Origin: Kondoa subrosea
Taxonomy: Eukaryota
Direction: 5' to 3'
Assembly: GCA_039545335.1 (NCBI GenBank)
Contig: BCIN01000008.1
Coordinates: 817,528 to 881,527 of the forward strand
Length of the DNA stretch: 64,000 nucleotides
Positions 51,237 to 63,096 of the stretch are shown here, one piece after another; the first letter of the stretch is position 1, and each line of letters begins with the position of its first letter. The translations under genes were made by a program, and so were the position numbers. Below the pieces are notes generated by a model, which did no database searches, was not told where the DNA came from, and saw only the letters and a program-made list of their open reading frames with translations.

Positions 51237-53325
51237 TTAATTTGCAACGGTCGCCGATCCATTCTGCGGATTGGGTGATGCTGGGTTCCTACCCATCGCT
51301 TGTTCCACTAGGTCTTTGTACGTCTGCCAAGCTTTACAGACCTGTTGCCAGATGCGCAAAGTTAAATCGTGCAGCAGCAGCTGAGCTGAGCCTTACCTCT
51401 TCTTGTTTCTTGTACAAGGCATCAACATATTCCGCTAAACCCAGCCTGAAATCATCTACTCTCTCAAGGTCGAAGCGAACAAATTCGGCCTTAATCAACT
51501 TGCTAACGTCTTCATATTCTCTCTTGAGTTCTTCAGCTTTTCTTTCCGCTTCAACCATTTCAGCCAAAGTACCTTGCACAACCAATCCTTGACTTTTTCT
51601 TTTCTCCAAAGTTAACTTCACAGTCTTGATTTGACCCAACTGTTTCTGCCAAGCTACCCAACATTTTACTCTAGCAGCTAAAACTCCTTTGACCGAATTT
51701 GAGCTTAACCGAACCCAAGAATCACTAACACTTGCTAAAGAACTTTCTGAACCGTTTGCACCTGATTCTTCTAATACTCTTAATCGGGATTGTAAACCTT
51801 CTAAACCACCTAAAGCTTTTTTCGCTGGTTGAGATAAAGTTGAACAACTTTCTAAATCAGCTACAGAGGAAGCTAATTCAGCTATAGATTGAGCTAAAGC
51901 AGTTCGGGATTTGGAAACGAGGTGGAAAGAGTTTGTAAGAGATCGTAAAGAGGGTTCGAGAGCTGCTATTTGAGCTTGACGGGTTGTGAAGAATTCATCC
52001 GATTCTACAAATCTTGGTGCGCCTGTAAGAATGTTGGGTAGGAAAGAAGGGGTTAGAGGAGTTGCTGGTGGTGCGGAACGATGTTTGATCTGTATATTCA
52101 CCCAACTTCCTAATCAGATTTTCGAGACTGATAGGGAATATGATGAACATACATCAATAGCAAACGTTTCACTCTCCAAAAACATCTTGAAATCCGGATC
52201 GTTCCATAACATAGGATGAGCAGCTACTTTGCCCACAAACACTTGCAAAGCTTTCCTTCTAGCTTCCACAAATCCTTCACCAAATCTTCCTAGTCCTTGT
52301 TTCTCCGGTGGTGAAGGTATTATACATCCAGGATTATTGGTAGTAAGCGTTTCAAACAACCATAAGAAGTCCCTAAATCTTCTCAAAACCGTTCGTGGTG
52401 TGTTTGGTGATAAGGAAGAGACGGATCGAATGGTATAAACAGTATGAGCTGAAGCTGTTATTTCAGAACCAATCTTTTGCGGATCAGAAACGGTTATAAG
52501 AAAAGAAGGTCGACCTTCTGTATTGACAGTTGTGAAAGCTGATGGTTGTGCTGCCGCTTGTTCGGTCAATGTTGATTGTAAAGAGGTGTTTGATGAGTTT
52601 GCTGTAGAGGACAAACCGACAGTTTTGATCGAATTAGAAGTGGTATGAACCGAAGCGTTATCTGTTTCACGTCGAGGGGGTTGAGGAAGATCCAATTGAC
52701 TTGTCAGAGATGCTTGTGATGAGCTGCTTTCCAATGCAGGTGGTTCGACTGCTGGAGTAGGAGGAGCTGGAGAAGCTACGACAGTCTCTTGATCTTGAGT
52801 TGATGTAGCCGCAACAGCATCTATTGTCAGATCTGGTTGCTTTCTTGCATCAATATCAAGAGGAGAGACTAGTGACTCGTATTGCGGTGTAGCAGCTGAG
52901 CCAAAGCCTGATGAAGTAGGAGATCCAGCTGAAGCGAATGATGTATAAGAAGCGGAAGCTGTCAAATCCGCAGGCCGCTTCGCAGACCCATTTGTAGCTG
53001 TTGAGGCTGTCCTGCTCCTGGCTTGCAGCTTGGGACTAGCATTGGCTGAACCAGACGAGCTTGAAATGGAATGAGCGCGATTTCTTGGAGAGGTAGGGAA
53101 CTCTGGCTTCTTCTCTTCTACAGGTGAAGCAGGTGCAGAGTATCGTCTATCTGCTGAAGTATCATAGCTTCCGTAAGGCCTTGAATCATAAGCAGACGAT
53201 TCCAAGTCTGCGAACGGATTCGACTGGAACCCTAGATCATCAGAGTCGCTGGTATACAACGAGCTTGAGGGTAACGGCGGGCCTGTGTTCGGTGACCTCA
53301 GCAAATCGTCAAAGTCGCTGGTCAT
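51237..53325 (-). CDS. VPS5: PX-BAR sorting nexin of retromer
   Basis: PX domain (ITVSDPQKIG...RRFRDFLWL...PSPPEKQ..GRF...HPML..DPDFKMFLES) followed by a BAR domain (FVESDEFF...IKAEFVRFDLERVDDF). Confidence 0.85.
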
Positions 53326-53596
53326 CTTGGTTTTGGACAAGGGTTATTGTTGACCAGAAGCGACGACGTCGCTCATTAAAGCTCATCAAAGCAGCTATCA
53401 AAGCGCACTTTGGTCTATTCAGCTGCTACTACTATCAACGACAACCACGAACTTGTAGCTTTCCACAATCGAGATTCCTACTACCCCTCAGGGCTTGATT
53501 TGAGCTTAGTCCTTTCGTTTACCCTTCCGCGCAGCTTCCACTTCGGCGGAACACCCCTCTTACACCCATTCTCTTCTTATACGATACCTTTAGAAT

Positions 53597-54690
53597 ATGA
53601 ACACGCAACAGCTGCCAAGTTGCATAATGGAAGCGATACCACTTGAAGTTGACCGACATTTGGATCTCCTGCGCGAGGAGACAGTGAGCTGGCAAGCAGC
53701 AGAGAAGCTATCTCCAGACTTTCTTCGGAGTTTGGAGCAAAACTCAATAGTCTCTTTGCACTGGCTGCTTAAGATTCACGTTCGCCGTCGAATCTGTGCG
53801 GATCATCCAGATTTAATATTCAAAGCTAGCACGAATGATGCTTCGAAGCTTGTCTACACCAGCAGAGGCAATCGTGGTGCCGCTCGCTATATACACAACT
53901 ATCTGCATTTCTTCGTAAGCTCTTCCAACTATCTACGAGCTTTTCGACCAAATCAAGCGGAAGCTCTTCTGGTGATTCTCCTGAATACATGGCTACCAAC
54001 AATCGGAGAGCAATTAGCGACGGGTGATCTGACTTTCATGTTCGGTATTCGGACCATGGTTACCGCGTTGTATTTGACGCTGTCAAAGCAAAGAGCGATA
54101 ATCGACACTTGCCTCACAAACTCATCCTCATTCAATAGTAGGCTTTGGAAAGATTCTATAACGAAGATGTTTGACCAAAGTATTGCTTTGGCAACCACTA
54201 AAGGCGACGACCCATCTATCATCGCTTGTCGCACATTGTCGATATGTGCGCTACTGGGTTTCTCTCTCCCTGGACTACATTTATATTCAAACCAACAATA
54301 TTATACTCTTCTACAAGATGTGTTGCGCGAAAAATCATGTGAAGAAAGGGTCTCAATTTTGCGACAGCATCCTTTCAATGCAGATTGTCGCGGCTCCGTT
54401 CAAGATTGTCTACACTGCGGTCTGTATCAGAGAATGCGGAAGGATAACGATAGGGGTGGAAAGTTCAAGGTTTGCGGCGGGTATGTTCTCAGTATTTGGA
54501 GATGTGCCGAGTGAATGCTCATCCGATGAATAGCTGTTCATGTGCTATGTACTGTTCGAAGACATGTGCTGTCAGAGATTGGGAAGAAGGACACAAAGAT
54601 CGCTGTTCAGGTTGGAAGACGAAAGCAAAGAAAGATTTGGCTAGGAAAGAGACAAAGTATCATGTTTTGCCTTTGAACGGGGCCCAATAA
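53597..54690 (+). CDS. Protein with C-terminal MYND-type zinc finger
   Basis: CLHC...FKVCGG|CSCAMYCSKTCAVRDWEEGHKDRC, with intron 54481-54533. Confidence 0.82.
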
Positions 54691-54966
54691 CCCGAACACA
54701 GACCCAAAATGAAGCTAAAGAGGAAGTAAACGGCACAATGTTATGATTTCAAGTCAACGGTTGTTTGAATCCGCATCTATGTCTTCCCAATCACCTTCTT
54801 TACCCCTTCCAATCTTCTTCGTCGAATCATGATCTTTTCATTTATGAGCAATTTGCAATAACTCAAAGCGCATTCAGCTCACCAAAGAAGAAAGTGAAAG
54901 CTTGATGCTTCTCTTCGATTGTAGCAGATACCCACAAACAATGCTTCTCACTAATCATTCTCTTCC

Positions 54967-55373
54967 TCACTTGGTCTTCACTTTCAAAGAATGCTTCACC
55001 GTCGTCTTTACCTGGAATTACAAGTCAACATCTCCCAGCTGTCTCAAAAGCTTGCGAAAATCTCACTGTACAGTCTCACAATCCAAGAAGGTCTCCCTCT
55101 ATCCATCGTAGCTTGGACGATCTTGGTGTGCGTATCATGCAAAATTACACTCCCGCCTTTCTTATCCCTCAGCCCAATCGCAATCTTCGCTTCCGTTCCT
55201 TCTTCAATTTCTAGATCCGCATAGACTACTAGATCGAGCTCCTCTACCACATCATAGCCTAATTGGACTTTGGCAGCTGTTTTCCGTTCTTGAGAATAAG
55301 TGTAGAAGAGGTGTTCTTCTTCGGGCAAGAAGTTTGGCTGGTTGTTGAGGCGAAGAGATGCTTCGAGACCCAT
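54967..55373 (-). CDS. Small hypothetical protein
   Basis: ATG follows a pyrimidine-rich leader. Globular-looking exon, then a GT-AG intron to the final exon VKTTVKHSLKVKTK*. Confidence 0.5.
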
Positions 55374-55607
55374 CACTGTTGTCTGTTATGGGGTTGAAAA
55401 AGAGAGAGGAAGGGGAAGAGTTGAGATTCGCAGGTGACAAGAAATGAGATAAAGGGAATTGATTCGTAAGCGATGCGCAATATCAGCAGCTAGGAAAGGA
55501 ACAAGCTTGTACACCTTATTACAGCAGTCGCATATCGACATGATAAGTTGCCTTAGAAGGCCTTTGATCAGAATTGCGGGTCCAGCCTTGTTTCTTGATA
55601 CAATACC

Positions 55608-56511
55608 ATGCAACAGCTTGAAGATGAAGACAGCGCACTCAAAGCAGCGCGATTGAGGGCTCAGGAGCTAGAACTGTCCAGGTACTTCTTTCACATGCAT
55701 GCCTCTATATCACATTCCTCTGAGCACAATTCTGTGTTTACAAATTTATACAGCTGGTTATACTCTGTAGCTGTACGAGGAGGTGGCCTACAGCAATCTT
55801 CATCTGCTACTGCTGCACAACCACAGCAGACACCTGCTACTACAGTTCAGCCTCATGCACTTTCTTTACCTGCACCAAAACTTTCTGAATTGGGACCTTT
55901 GGAAGCTTCACCACGCTCTTCTCATGACCTTTTACTCAAGAAAGAAGATTTGACAGGATTACCCACAGATGCATTCTATGTTCCACCTTTCAAAGGTCCA
56001 CCTTCACCTCCTTGTCTATCATCTCAATCTGGTGCAACTTCACCAGCTGCATCTACTTCTGCTAATGTTGTACCACAAATTCTAAGTCATGAAGAAAGGA
56101 AAGCGAATCATGTGGCTTCAGAAAAAAGAAGAAGAGCAAATATTAGAGTATCTTATGAAGCTTTGTGTCAAATTGTGCCCAGTCTGAAAGAAGCAATGGA
56201 TGAAGAGACTCAGGCAGTAGCAGTGCCGAGTAAGAGTCATGGGACCAAGAGGAGTAGGAGTACTAGATCTTGTTCAGGAGCAGGAGGGAATGAGGAAGAA
56301 ACGGCGAAAATCGTTAGCAAGAGATTAACGAAAGGTCAGGTAGCGAAAAGTGAGGGAGTGGTCTTGACTCAAAGTACGTAATCCAATGCGATTTATTGCT
56401 TGTGCGAGCTGAATAATCAAAACAGCGGTGGATTACCTAAATGAACTGAAAAAGAAACGAGAAGAGTTGAAGAGTCGATTGACTGTAGCCAGAGCCAGAG
56501 CGAAAAGATGA
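55608..56511 (+). CDS. bHLH(-ZIP) transcription factor (Ino4/Mlx-like)
   Basis: EERKANHVASEKRRRANIRVSYEALCQIVPSL...KSEGVVLTQT|VDYLNELKKKREELKSRL. H-E-R basic residues typical of E-box binders. Confidence 0.88.
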
Positions 56512-56706
56512 AGCGAAGGGAACAAATTTGTATCATTATTGTGAAAATACCTTGCATGCACTGTACATTAGCACATATCGGAAATGGATGTTTATGCACA
56601 ATTCGAAATGCAGCAAAGTGTCTAAAGTACAGCCCGTCTAGGAAGAAGTGGAAAACGCAGATTGAAAGAGACTGGGAATGCTGACAGCATGAAATTCGTA
56701 GCTTGA

Positions 56707-58087
56707 TCATTGCAAAGATCTGCCTTGCTGAGTTACTTCTCGATCAGACATAATTCGCCATATGGGTATCCCAATCTGTGGACATCGCAATCAGTTCCTT
56801 AGCGCTGATCGTACCGACATGACTCACTGCGCCAATAATTCCCCAGAAGGTATCAACAAACACGTTATTATAAGGAGCCGTGCCGCGCATACTGGTTCTG
56901 AACAACGATCCAAGAAAATCAGAAGTGATGATATAGTTGTTCGCTTCCAGTCCTGTCACGAGAGCAGATTTAGCATTTGATACCTCTTCCATTCGGAGGG
57001 TGAACCTTTCATCAATTTTGCAGCACAAGTTTCAGGTGATTGACCTTCACTGTATCTATGCATAAGGTTTGAGAGGACAAGTAATGTGTAGGGAGCTTAC
57101 GCAGGTCCTTCTAGCTTCTTGGTAAGAGCAGGCTTTTTCTTCTCTTCATCTTCGTATCCAGCTATGATAGCAAATTCAGCAGTCAGCAAGCGAACGATGA
57201 AGCTACTTACGAGAGAAGATTGTGCCAGGGAAATAACAATGTACTGAAATACCATACATCCTCAATTCGTTACGCAAGGTATCAGCCAGTCCTATCAATC
57301 CCATGAATCATACCCCAATCATTCAAGGTTGTTTAACTTACCTCTCAAAGCTGATTTAGCTGGACTGTATCCCGCATATCCAGCGATGGAGAAGAAACCC
57401 AACAAAGAAGAGACAATAACTATTCTCCCTTTGCATTTCTGCTTGATCATACGTTTGGTCGCTTCCTAATTTATTCTGATTAGCAACTTTGATCTTCTCG
57501 AATTGTAAAAGAAACATGCCCTGACAGCCCACAAAGTAGCGAAATAATTTAAATCCATACCCTTTTTGAATTGTTCCGTTGTCATATCATCGAACAAGCC
57601 CAAAACAGGACCAGCTCCACCAACGCAAGAGATCAGTAAGTCCACAGGTCGACCATTCTGTCGCTGCTCTGCTCCGTCGAAAGCTTGGGTACATGATTCT
57701 GGGTTGACCAAATCGACTTGGATTGAGATGACGCCTTGTTGATCATTCATACAGCATGCCTATCGATTGAATTCAGTAAGAAGATGACTAGAAGGATAGC
57801 AAAAGCCGACTTTGATCTTTAGGACTGCTTCGTCTAAAGTGGATTGCGTTCTTGCCATGATAGTGATATGAGCACCTCTTGCGGCTAATTGACATGCTAC
57901 TGCCAGTCCAAGACCTTGTGATCCTCCAGTAACGCAGACATGCTACTCGTGAAGCATAAGTCAGGATAGACGCGCTTTGAGATATTGTGTTTACTTTGCC
58001 TTGAACTTCAAGCGCTTTGCGGAAGAACATGTTGAAGATCGATACAGTGAAGATACCGATTACAATAGCAGATAACCAGAAGAACAT
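56707..58087 (-). CDS. TSC10: 3-ketodihydrosphingosine reductase (SDR)
   Basis: N-terminal [39 protein letters not shown] (YSPAK), CYFPG and [13 protein letters not shown]-terminal hydrophobic segment. Confidence 0.85.
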
Positions 58088-58599
58088 CAAGGGAGGAGAG
58101 AAGAGCCTGTTCGACTGAAGGGAGGAGGAGTTTAACAGTTAGTGGCACAAACAGTGACTCAGCAGGACCACGCTGGAAACGCAAGCAGAAGAAGATAGAT
58201 GAAGAACGTGTAAGAAGTGGCTGTTACAGTAGTCGAAGCTCGACGCATGTTTCGAAATTCAGCAAAGAAAGGCTCGTTTGGAAACGGCGATACACTATAC
58301 CAGGCTTCAGGTGGATTATACCCGACTGGCATATACAGCACTGGTATTGATCTGTAGCTCGAAGATTCGCTGGAGAGCTACCTGTGTGCTCTGAGAGGAG
58401 AGTGAGAAGTTTGGGTCAAGGGAGAAAACTGCTATCTATTGAGAGGACGGGCGCGCAAGAGCGGAGATCGGTGCGAAGGCTCTTGCAGATCGTACAACTG
58501 CAAGCGTAGTAATCACCCAAATTCTGGACGGCGCCCAAGTGTTAATCGAGAGGCTTCAATTTGACTAGCGAAGACCGAAGGGGCAAGAGGATCACAAGC

Positions 58600-59885
58600 A
58601 TGGATAGGGCAGCTGTACCACAAGCCATTGAACCTCCGGGTAGGAACAGAAATTCGACAATATTGGACCGAGCTGAAACTATGTGGTATAGGAGACGACC
58701 TGTTTTCTGCTTTACCAATGGAAGTCATCGAACGTATTCTCTTCTCTCTATCACAAAAAGACATCTATCACTGTCTCTCTCTCTGCAAGTCAATCTCTGA
58801 AGTAGCTGTTAACCGTCCTCTGCATTCCCGAATCGTGGTTAAAACAAAACAGCAACTGCTACATCTACATGGACATTTGATACGCCGACCAGAATGTAGA
58901 TCGCTGATTCTTGAAATCACGTTTCCTTCGCGGCTCATGCTTGCTGAAAATCCGGAGCGCGATATTGCAGCAGGCACGCAATTGGCATGTCTAGCTTCTT
59001 TACCGCGTCTTGACTGCATCAGGTATCCAACCTGTCCCAGTGACCCCATTATCCTAGCCAATTACCTCAATTTGCTGCGTAGTCAAGAAACGAAGCTGAA
59101 ACACCTCTCCATCAGCATTGTACCATCATCGCGAGGTTCATCTAGCGATTGGCAGGAATCTTCTGTCTCCAGCCTCATGGAAGAGCTGTCATTGCATTCG
59201 GCAGAACTCAGAGGCTCGATGTTTGACCTGACCCCAGTGACCGCGGCAGCTTTGCAATCGCTCAGCCGACTAAGATTACGAAGGATTGAACTGGAGTGGA
59301 ACGAATGCGAAGGCTTGGTGGCTAAGATCGGACGGAAGCTTCTGCATCTGGAAATCGTTCAGTGTGGAGACGTCCCACAAAATCTCATCTGCAGCATCGC
59401 GGATCATTGTCCGCAACTTCAAACTTTGATGGCTCTTAATAACAGTATTATGCCTTTTGATCAAGCCGGTCCACAGTGTCAGTGTCTTGGGAAGATGACA
59501 CAGCTTTCTTCCGTCGCCACTTCTCGAGATCTCATCCCAATCCTAGAACTCGGGGCTATCAGAAGTTCTCTAGCAACTCTCTACATCCAGGCTCCTGGCA
59601 ACCATCAAGTATTAGCTCAGCTGATGTTGTTGCTAGAACCTCGCCAACCTGGTACCGATCTAAAGCTGTGGCTGGATATGGATGCGCTTGGGTTGGAAAG
59701 TATCCTACAGTGGTCAGATAGCGAGCTATTGCGCTTTACAGTACGTCTTGTACCGTAGAGCGAGTATGAAAAACGCCATGCTTATTCTCGATTCGCAGAA
59801 TTTTTGTCTTGCGCGTGGGATTGAGTTCCAGGCCGTGGGATTGTCTAGTGACGAAGCTCTTCTCAAGTGCGAACAATATATGTGA
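58600..59885 (+). CDS. F-box / leucine-rich (RNI-like) protein, paralog 1
   Basis: Short first exon, then FSALPMEVIERILFSLSQKDIYHCLSLCKSI (F-box). LxxLxL repeats and HCPQLQTL. Confidence 0.78.
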
Positions 59886-59942
59886 GGCGAAGTATAGGAA
59901 GAGGACAGAGCACAAGGAACAGCTGCATAGATTCGTATACAG

Positions 59943-60934
59943 CTAGAAATTCAGCTCAGAAGCTTTCGATGTAACGGCTTTCTCGACCGCCTCTTTGATT
60001 GGGACCTCGCCCTGCCTGAGATCCAATGCAAGCCCTGCAGCATCTTCCCGTGCAACTAGTTCAACAATCACTCTAGCTACATCCTCCCGCTGTGAGCGCT
60101 TTGTCAGCTGAGTCACACCTAGCAAAAGTAACGAAGACGGACTGTTATTGCTGTACTTGGATGCAGGCGAGTGATTCCTAATTCGACTTTGCCTGTAGCT
60201 GGATCATCTTTGAGTTGACCAGGTCGAAGGATAGTCCAGCTGAAAGTTCGCTTTGAAAGATTCTTGTCTGCCGCTAATTTCGCGTCGCTGGGAACACGTT
60301 GTGAGTAGATCGACTTGTACAAGAAGGCGAACTTACTAGTATGCGCCGATGGCTGCATAACCTTGCTCTGAAATCTTCAAGTCTTCTTCCGTCTGCTTTA
60401 GAGTTAGCAGGATAAAAGTGAAGAAGAGAAGCTCTCTCACGTAGTGACTTGGTACCTTGCTTCTATCTCTGGTATTCAAAGCGGAAACAGTAATGTAACG
60501 AGGTTTCTTGTCCAAGCTGTCTATCGCGTCCATGATCTATAGCAGAAGGATACAGTCAGAGGAGAAGTATGGACAGGATAATTTGACCGACCTTGATAGC
60601 TCCCGCTTCATCAACAGCTTTCGTACGTTCCTTTCCGCCTTTCCCGCCTGCCCCAGCTCTACTCTTACTTCAGCTTACAGATCACACAGGTAAAGCAATA
60701 GAATAGAATAACGTACGACCAGATGACAGTCTGAGCGCCTTCAAAGACCTTGGCAAAGTCATCCTTCGAGTTCTCTTCGATAGACAACACTTTGGCTTTC
60801 CCGCCTACGGCTTCGATGTCTGACGTTTGCGCAGCATCACGGATGATAGAAACCACTTCATAGCGAGGAGAAAGCAGCTTGGTAGCATGTAGGGCTATCT
60901 TGCCGTGCCCACCTAAAATGACGATTCGAGGCAT
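59943..60934 (-). CDS. NAD(P)-binding Rossmann protein (atypical SDR, YMR090W/YhfK-like)
   Basis: IVILGGHGKIA, VIWS|AGAGGK...VDEAGA, WTILRPGQLKDDPATGKVELG and REDVARV. Confidence 0.88.
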
Positions 60935-61228
60935 GTCAGAAAACAGAGCGAAAGATTGATAACAGGAAAGAGTTCAAGTGAGATTGTACTGAATGATGAC
61001 AGCCAAATATCGGAACAGGAAGAACTTAAATGCTCTGCACGAAAGCTCGAAGCAAGACCGAATGTGTCCCAGATCAACGTTAAACGACACCAGGCACAAA
61101 TTGGACTTCAATTGATACCTGTAGATGGCCGGGCATACTCTACCAAGGTCACAAGCGTGCCCAAAGCGCAAACAGAAGACTTTTTCGCTGTCGCACATGC
61201 AGAGGCTTGTTTCTCCCCAGTTTGCAGC

Positions 61229-62500
61229 ATGGCCGATGATTGTGCGTTGTCCATTTCTCGGGATGAGCTGCAATTGACTAGCGTAATAGCTGGCCCTCTT
61301 CTTCTCGTCAATTGTCCTCAAGAAGTGATTGAGCACATCTATCGCTATGCTCAACCTGAGGCTATATATCGATCGCTGTTTGCATGCAAACCGTTGAAGA
61401 AGTATTTGGATAACAAGCTAATACACGCTCATATAGAAGTGAAAACATCTTCGCAAATTACGGCTCTCTTCTCACACCTTATATCAAATTCTCATACCCG
61501 CGAATGGGTTCACAGTCTATCTGTCCTGAACTCCTTCAGAGGTGGTCAAGATGGGTCCGTGGATGCGCGTATAATGATGCAGATTGGGGTTTTGGCATTA
61601 CTTCCGAATCTGAAATGTCTTTCTTGCCCTCGCTTGCCTCCTGATTCGCCATGTCAAGAAGCGTTGGTCAATGGCATGGTGACCCATAACACAAAACTCA
61701 CATCTCTAGTCATCAAGAATCCGGTGACGGCGAAAGGCGGAATGTGGAGCTCCGATCTGGTGACCAAGCTTCTTCATCTACAATTGGTCTGTCTGCACAT
61801 CGATTTTTCGGGCCAAGCTCTTAGGGAATTTAATTTGCGTCCGCCGCCAGCTCATGATACCTGTAACCTTCAAGATCTGGCTTTGAGGGATATTGGACAA
61901 GTCGAATTGGGACCTCTGCTTCGAATTGTTGGTCCTGACTTGAAACATCTGTCCATCATCAGATTTGACTGGCCGCCGGCCAATCTACATGCCAAAATCA
62001 AGCATCTCTGCCCTAAGTTGAAAACTTTGGTACTCAATAGTAACCGGCCAATCGCGCACACACAAAAGTGCATCAAGCCCAACACCATACAGAAGTTACA
62101 CGCTTTGGCTATCCCCTTGAACGATCTTTTCATTAACAATATGTTGGATCTTGAGAGTTTCCATGCTTTGCCTCAAGTTCTGCTTCTGGACTGTACCCAT
62201 TTCGAAAGCACATGGCTATTAGGGGATCTAGCGCTTGCTATTGCAGCATGGGACATTACCGCCAGCATGCAATTGATTCTAGCTAATTCTTACTGGACTT
62301 GGAAAGCGATTAGGCAGCGGAATGCGGGCGAGGATTATCGAAGGTATAAGCTTCTAAAGGTGCGCTCATCTTTTTTTTCTTACTGTGAGTGTTTCAGGCT
62401 CACATGATATAAGATCGCTTGCAAATATCGAAACATTGAACTTGAGATTATCAATACCGGCGATGTCGACTATCAGAAGTACATTCGGAACTCCATATGA
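61229..62500 (+). CDS. F-box / leucine-rich protein, paralog 2
   Basis: MADD|SGPLLLVNCPQEVIEHIYRYA..EAIYRSLFACK, ALLPNLKCL and LCPKLKTL. Last exon IACKYRNIEL. Confidence 0.75.
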
Positions 62501-63096
62501 AGCCAGCAAGAAGACAGAAGTACTTGGCTCAATGCAATAGCTTTAGTAACGGAATTGAGCTGTTTTGTTCCAGTAAGGGAAGGGAGTGCTTGGGATGCTT
62601 GAGAAAGAAGATTCGGCTTACCAATGTAGTATTCGCTAGTCAGCAAGAATTACTGCCCAGACTATGAAGTTTTCTCATTGTCATGAACAGGTGGTCCTGG
62701 TCCTTTGTGTTCTGTACAGTTTTGATCTTCCAAAACCGACGATAACTGCTACAACAGATACTACTGCGATGGACTATACCAAGCTGTCCTGCGTTGCTTG
62801 CACACTTTCTGCGTCTTTCAGCAAGCAGCAACGGCGCGTCGGCTAAGGTGGACGTGAAAATCTCTTTGGCAAACTCCTCCTCGAACAGAACAGCAAAGTT
62901 TGAGCGCTGGTTCGTTGGACACCAGATATATACAAAAGTTGCGGTTGCAAAAGCCGTCAGGTCATCCGGAACAAGATCTGGTCTAAGGGTTGAGAGCTTC
63001 ACGACATTTCGTTCATTAGCTTTTGCTTGAGAAAAGGTTGAAGATTTGGTCAAGTAGGCGAAAGCTAGTAAGGGGCGAGAGGTCAGCTATCCATCC

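Noticed and set aside
60956..61228. N-terminal extension of ORF 60956-62407
   Set aside because: It starts at TTG within the divergent promoter. Paralog exon structure supports the ATG at 61229.
62640..63053. 137-aa minus-strand ORF between F-box genes
   Set aside because: Non-ATG start, overlapping ORFs on both strands and no motif.
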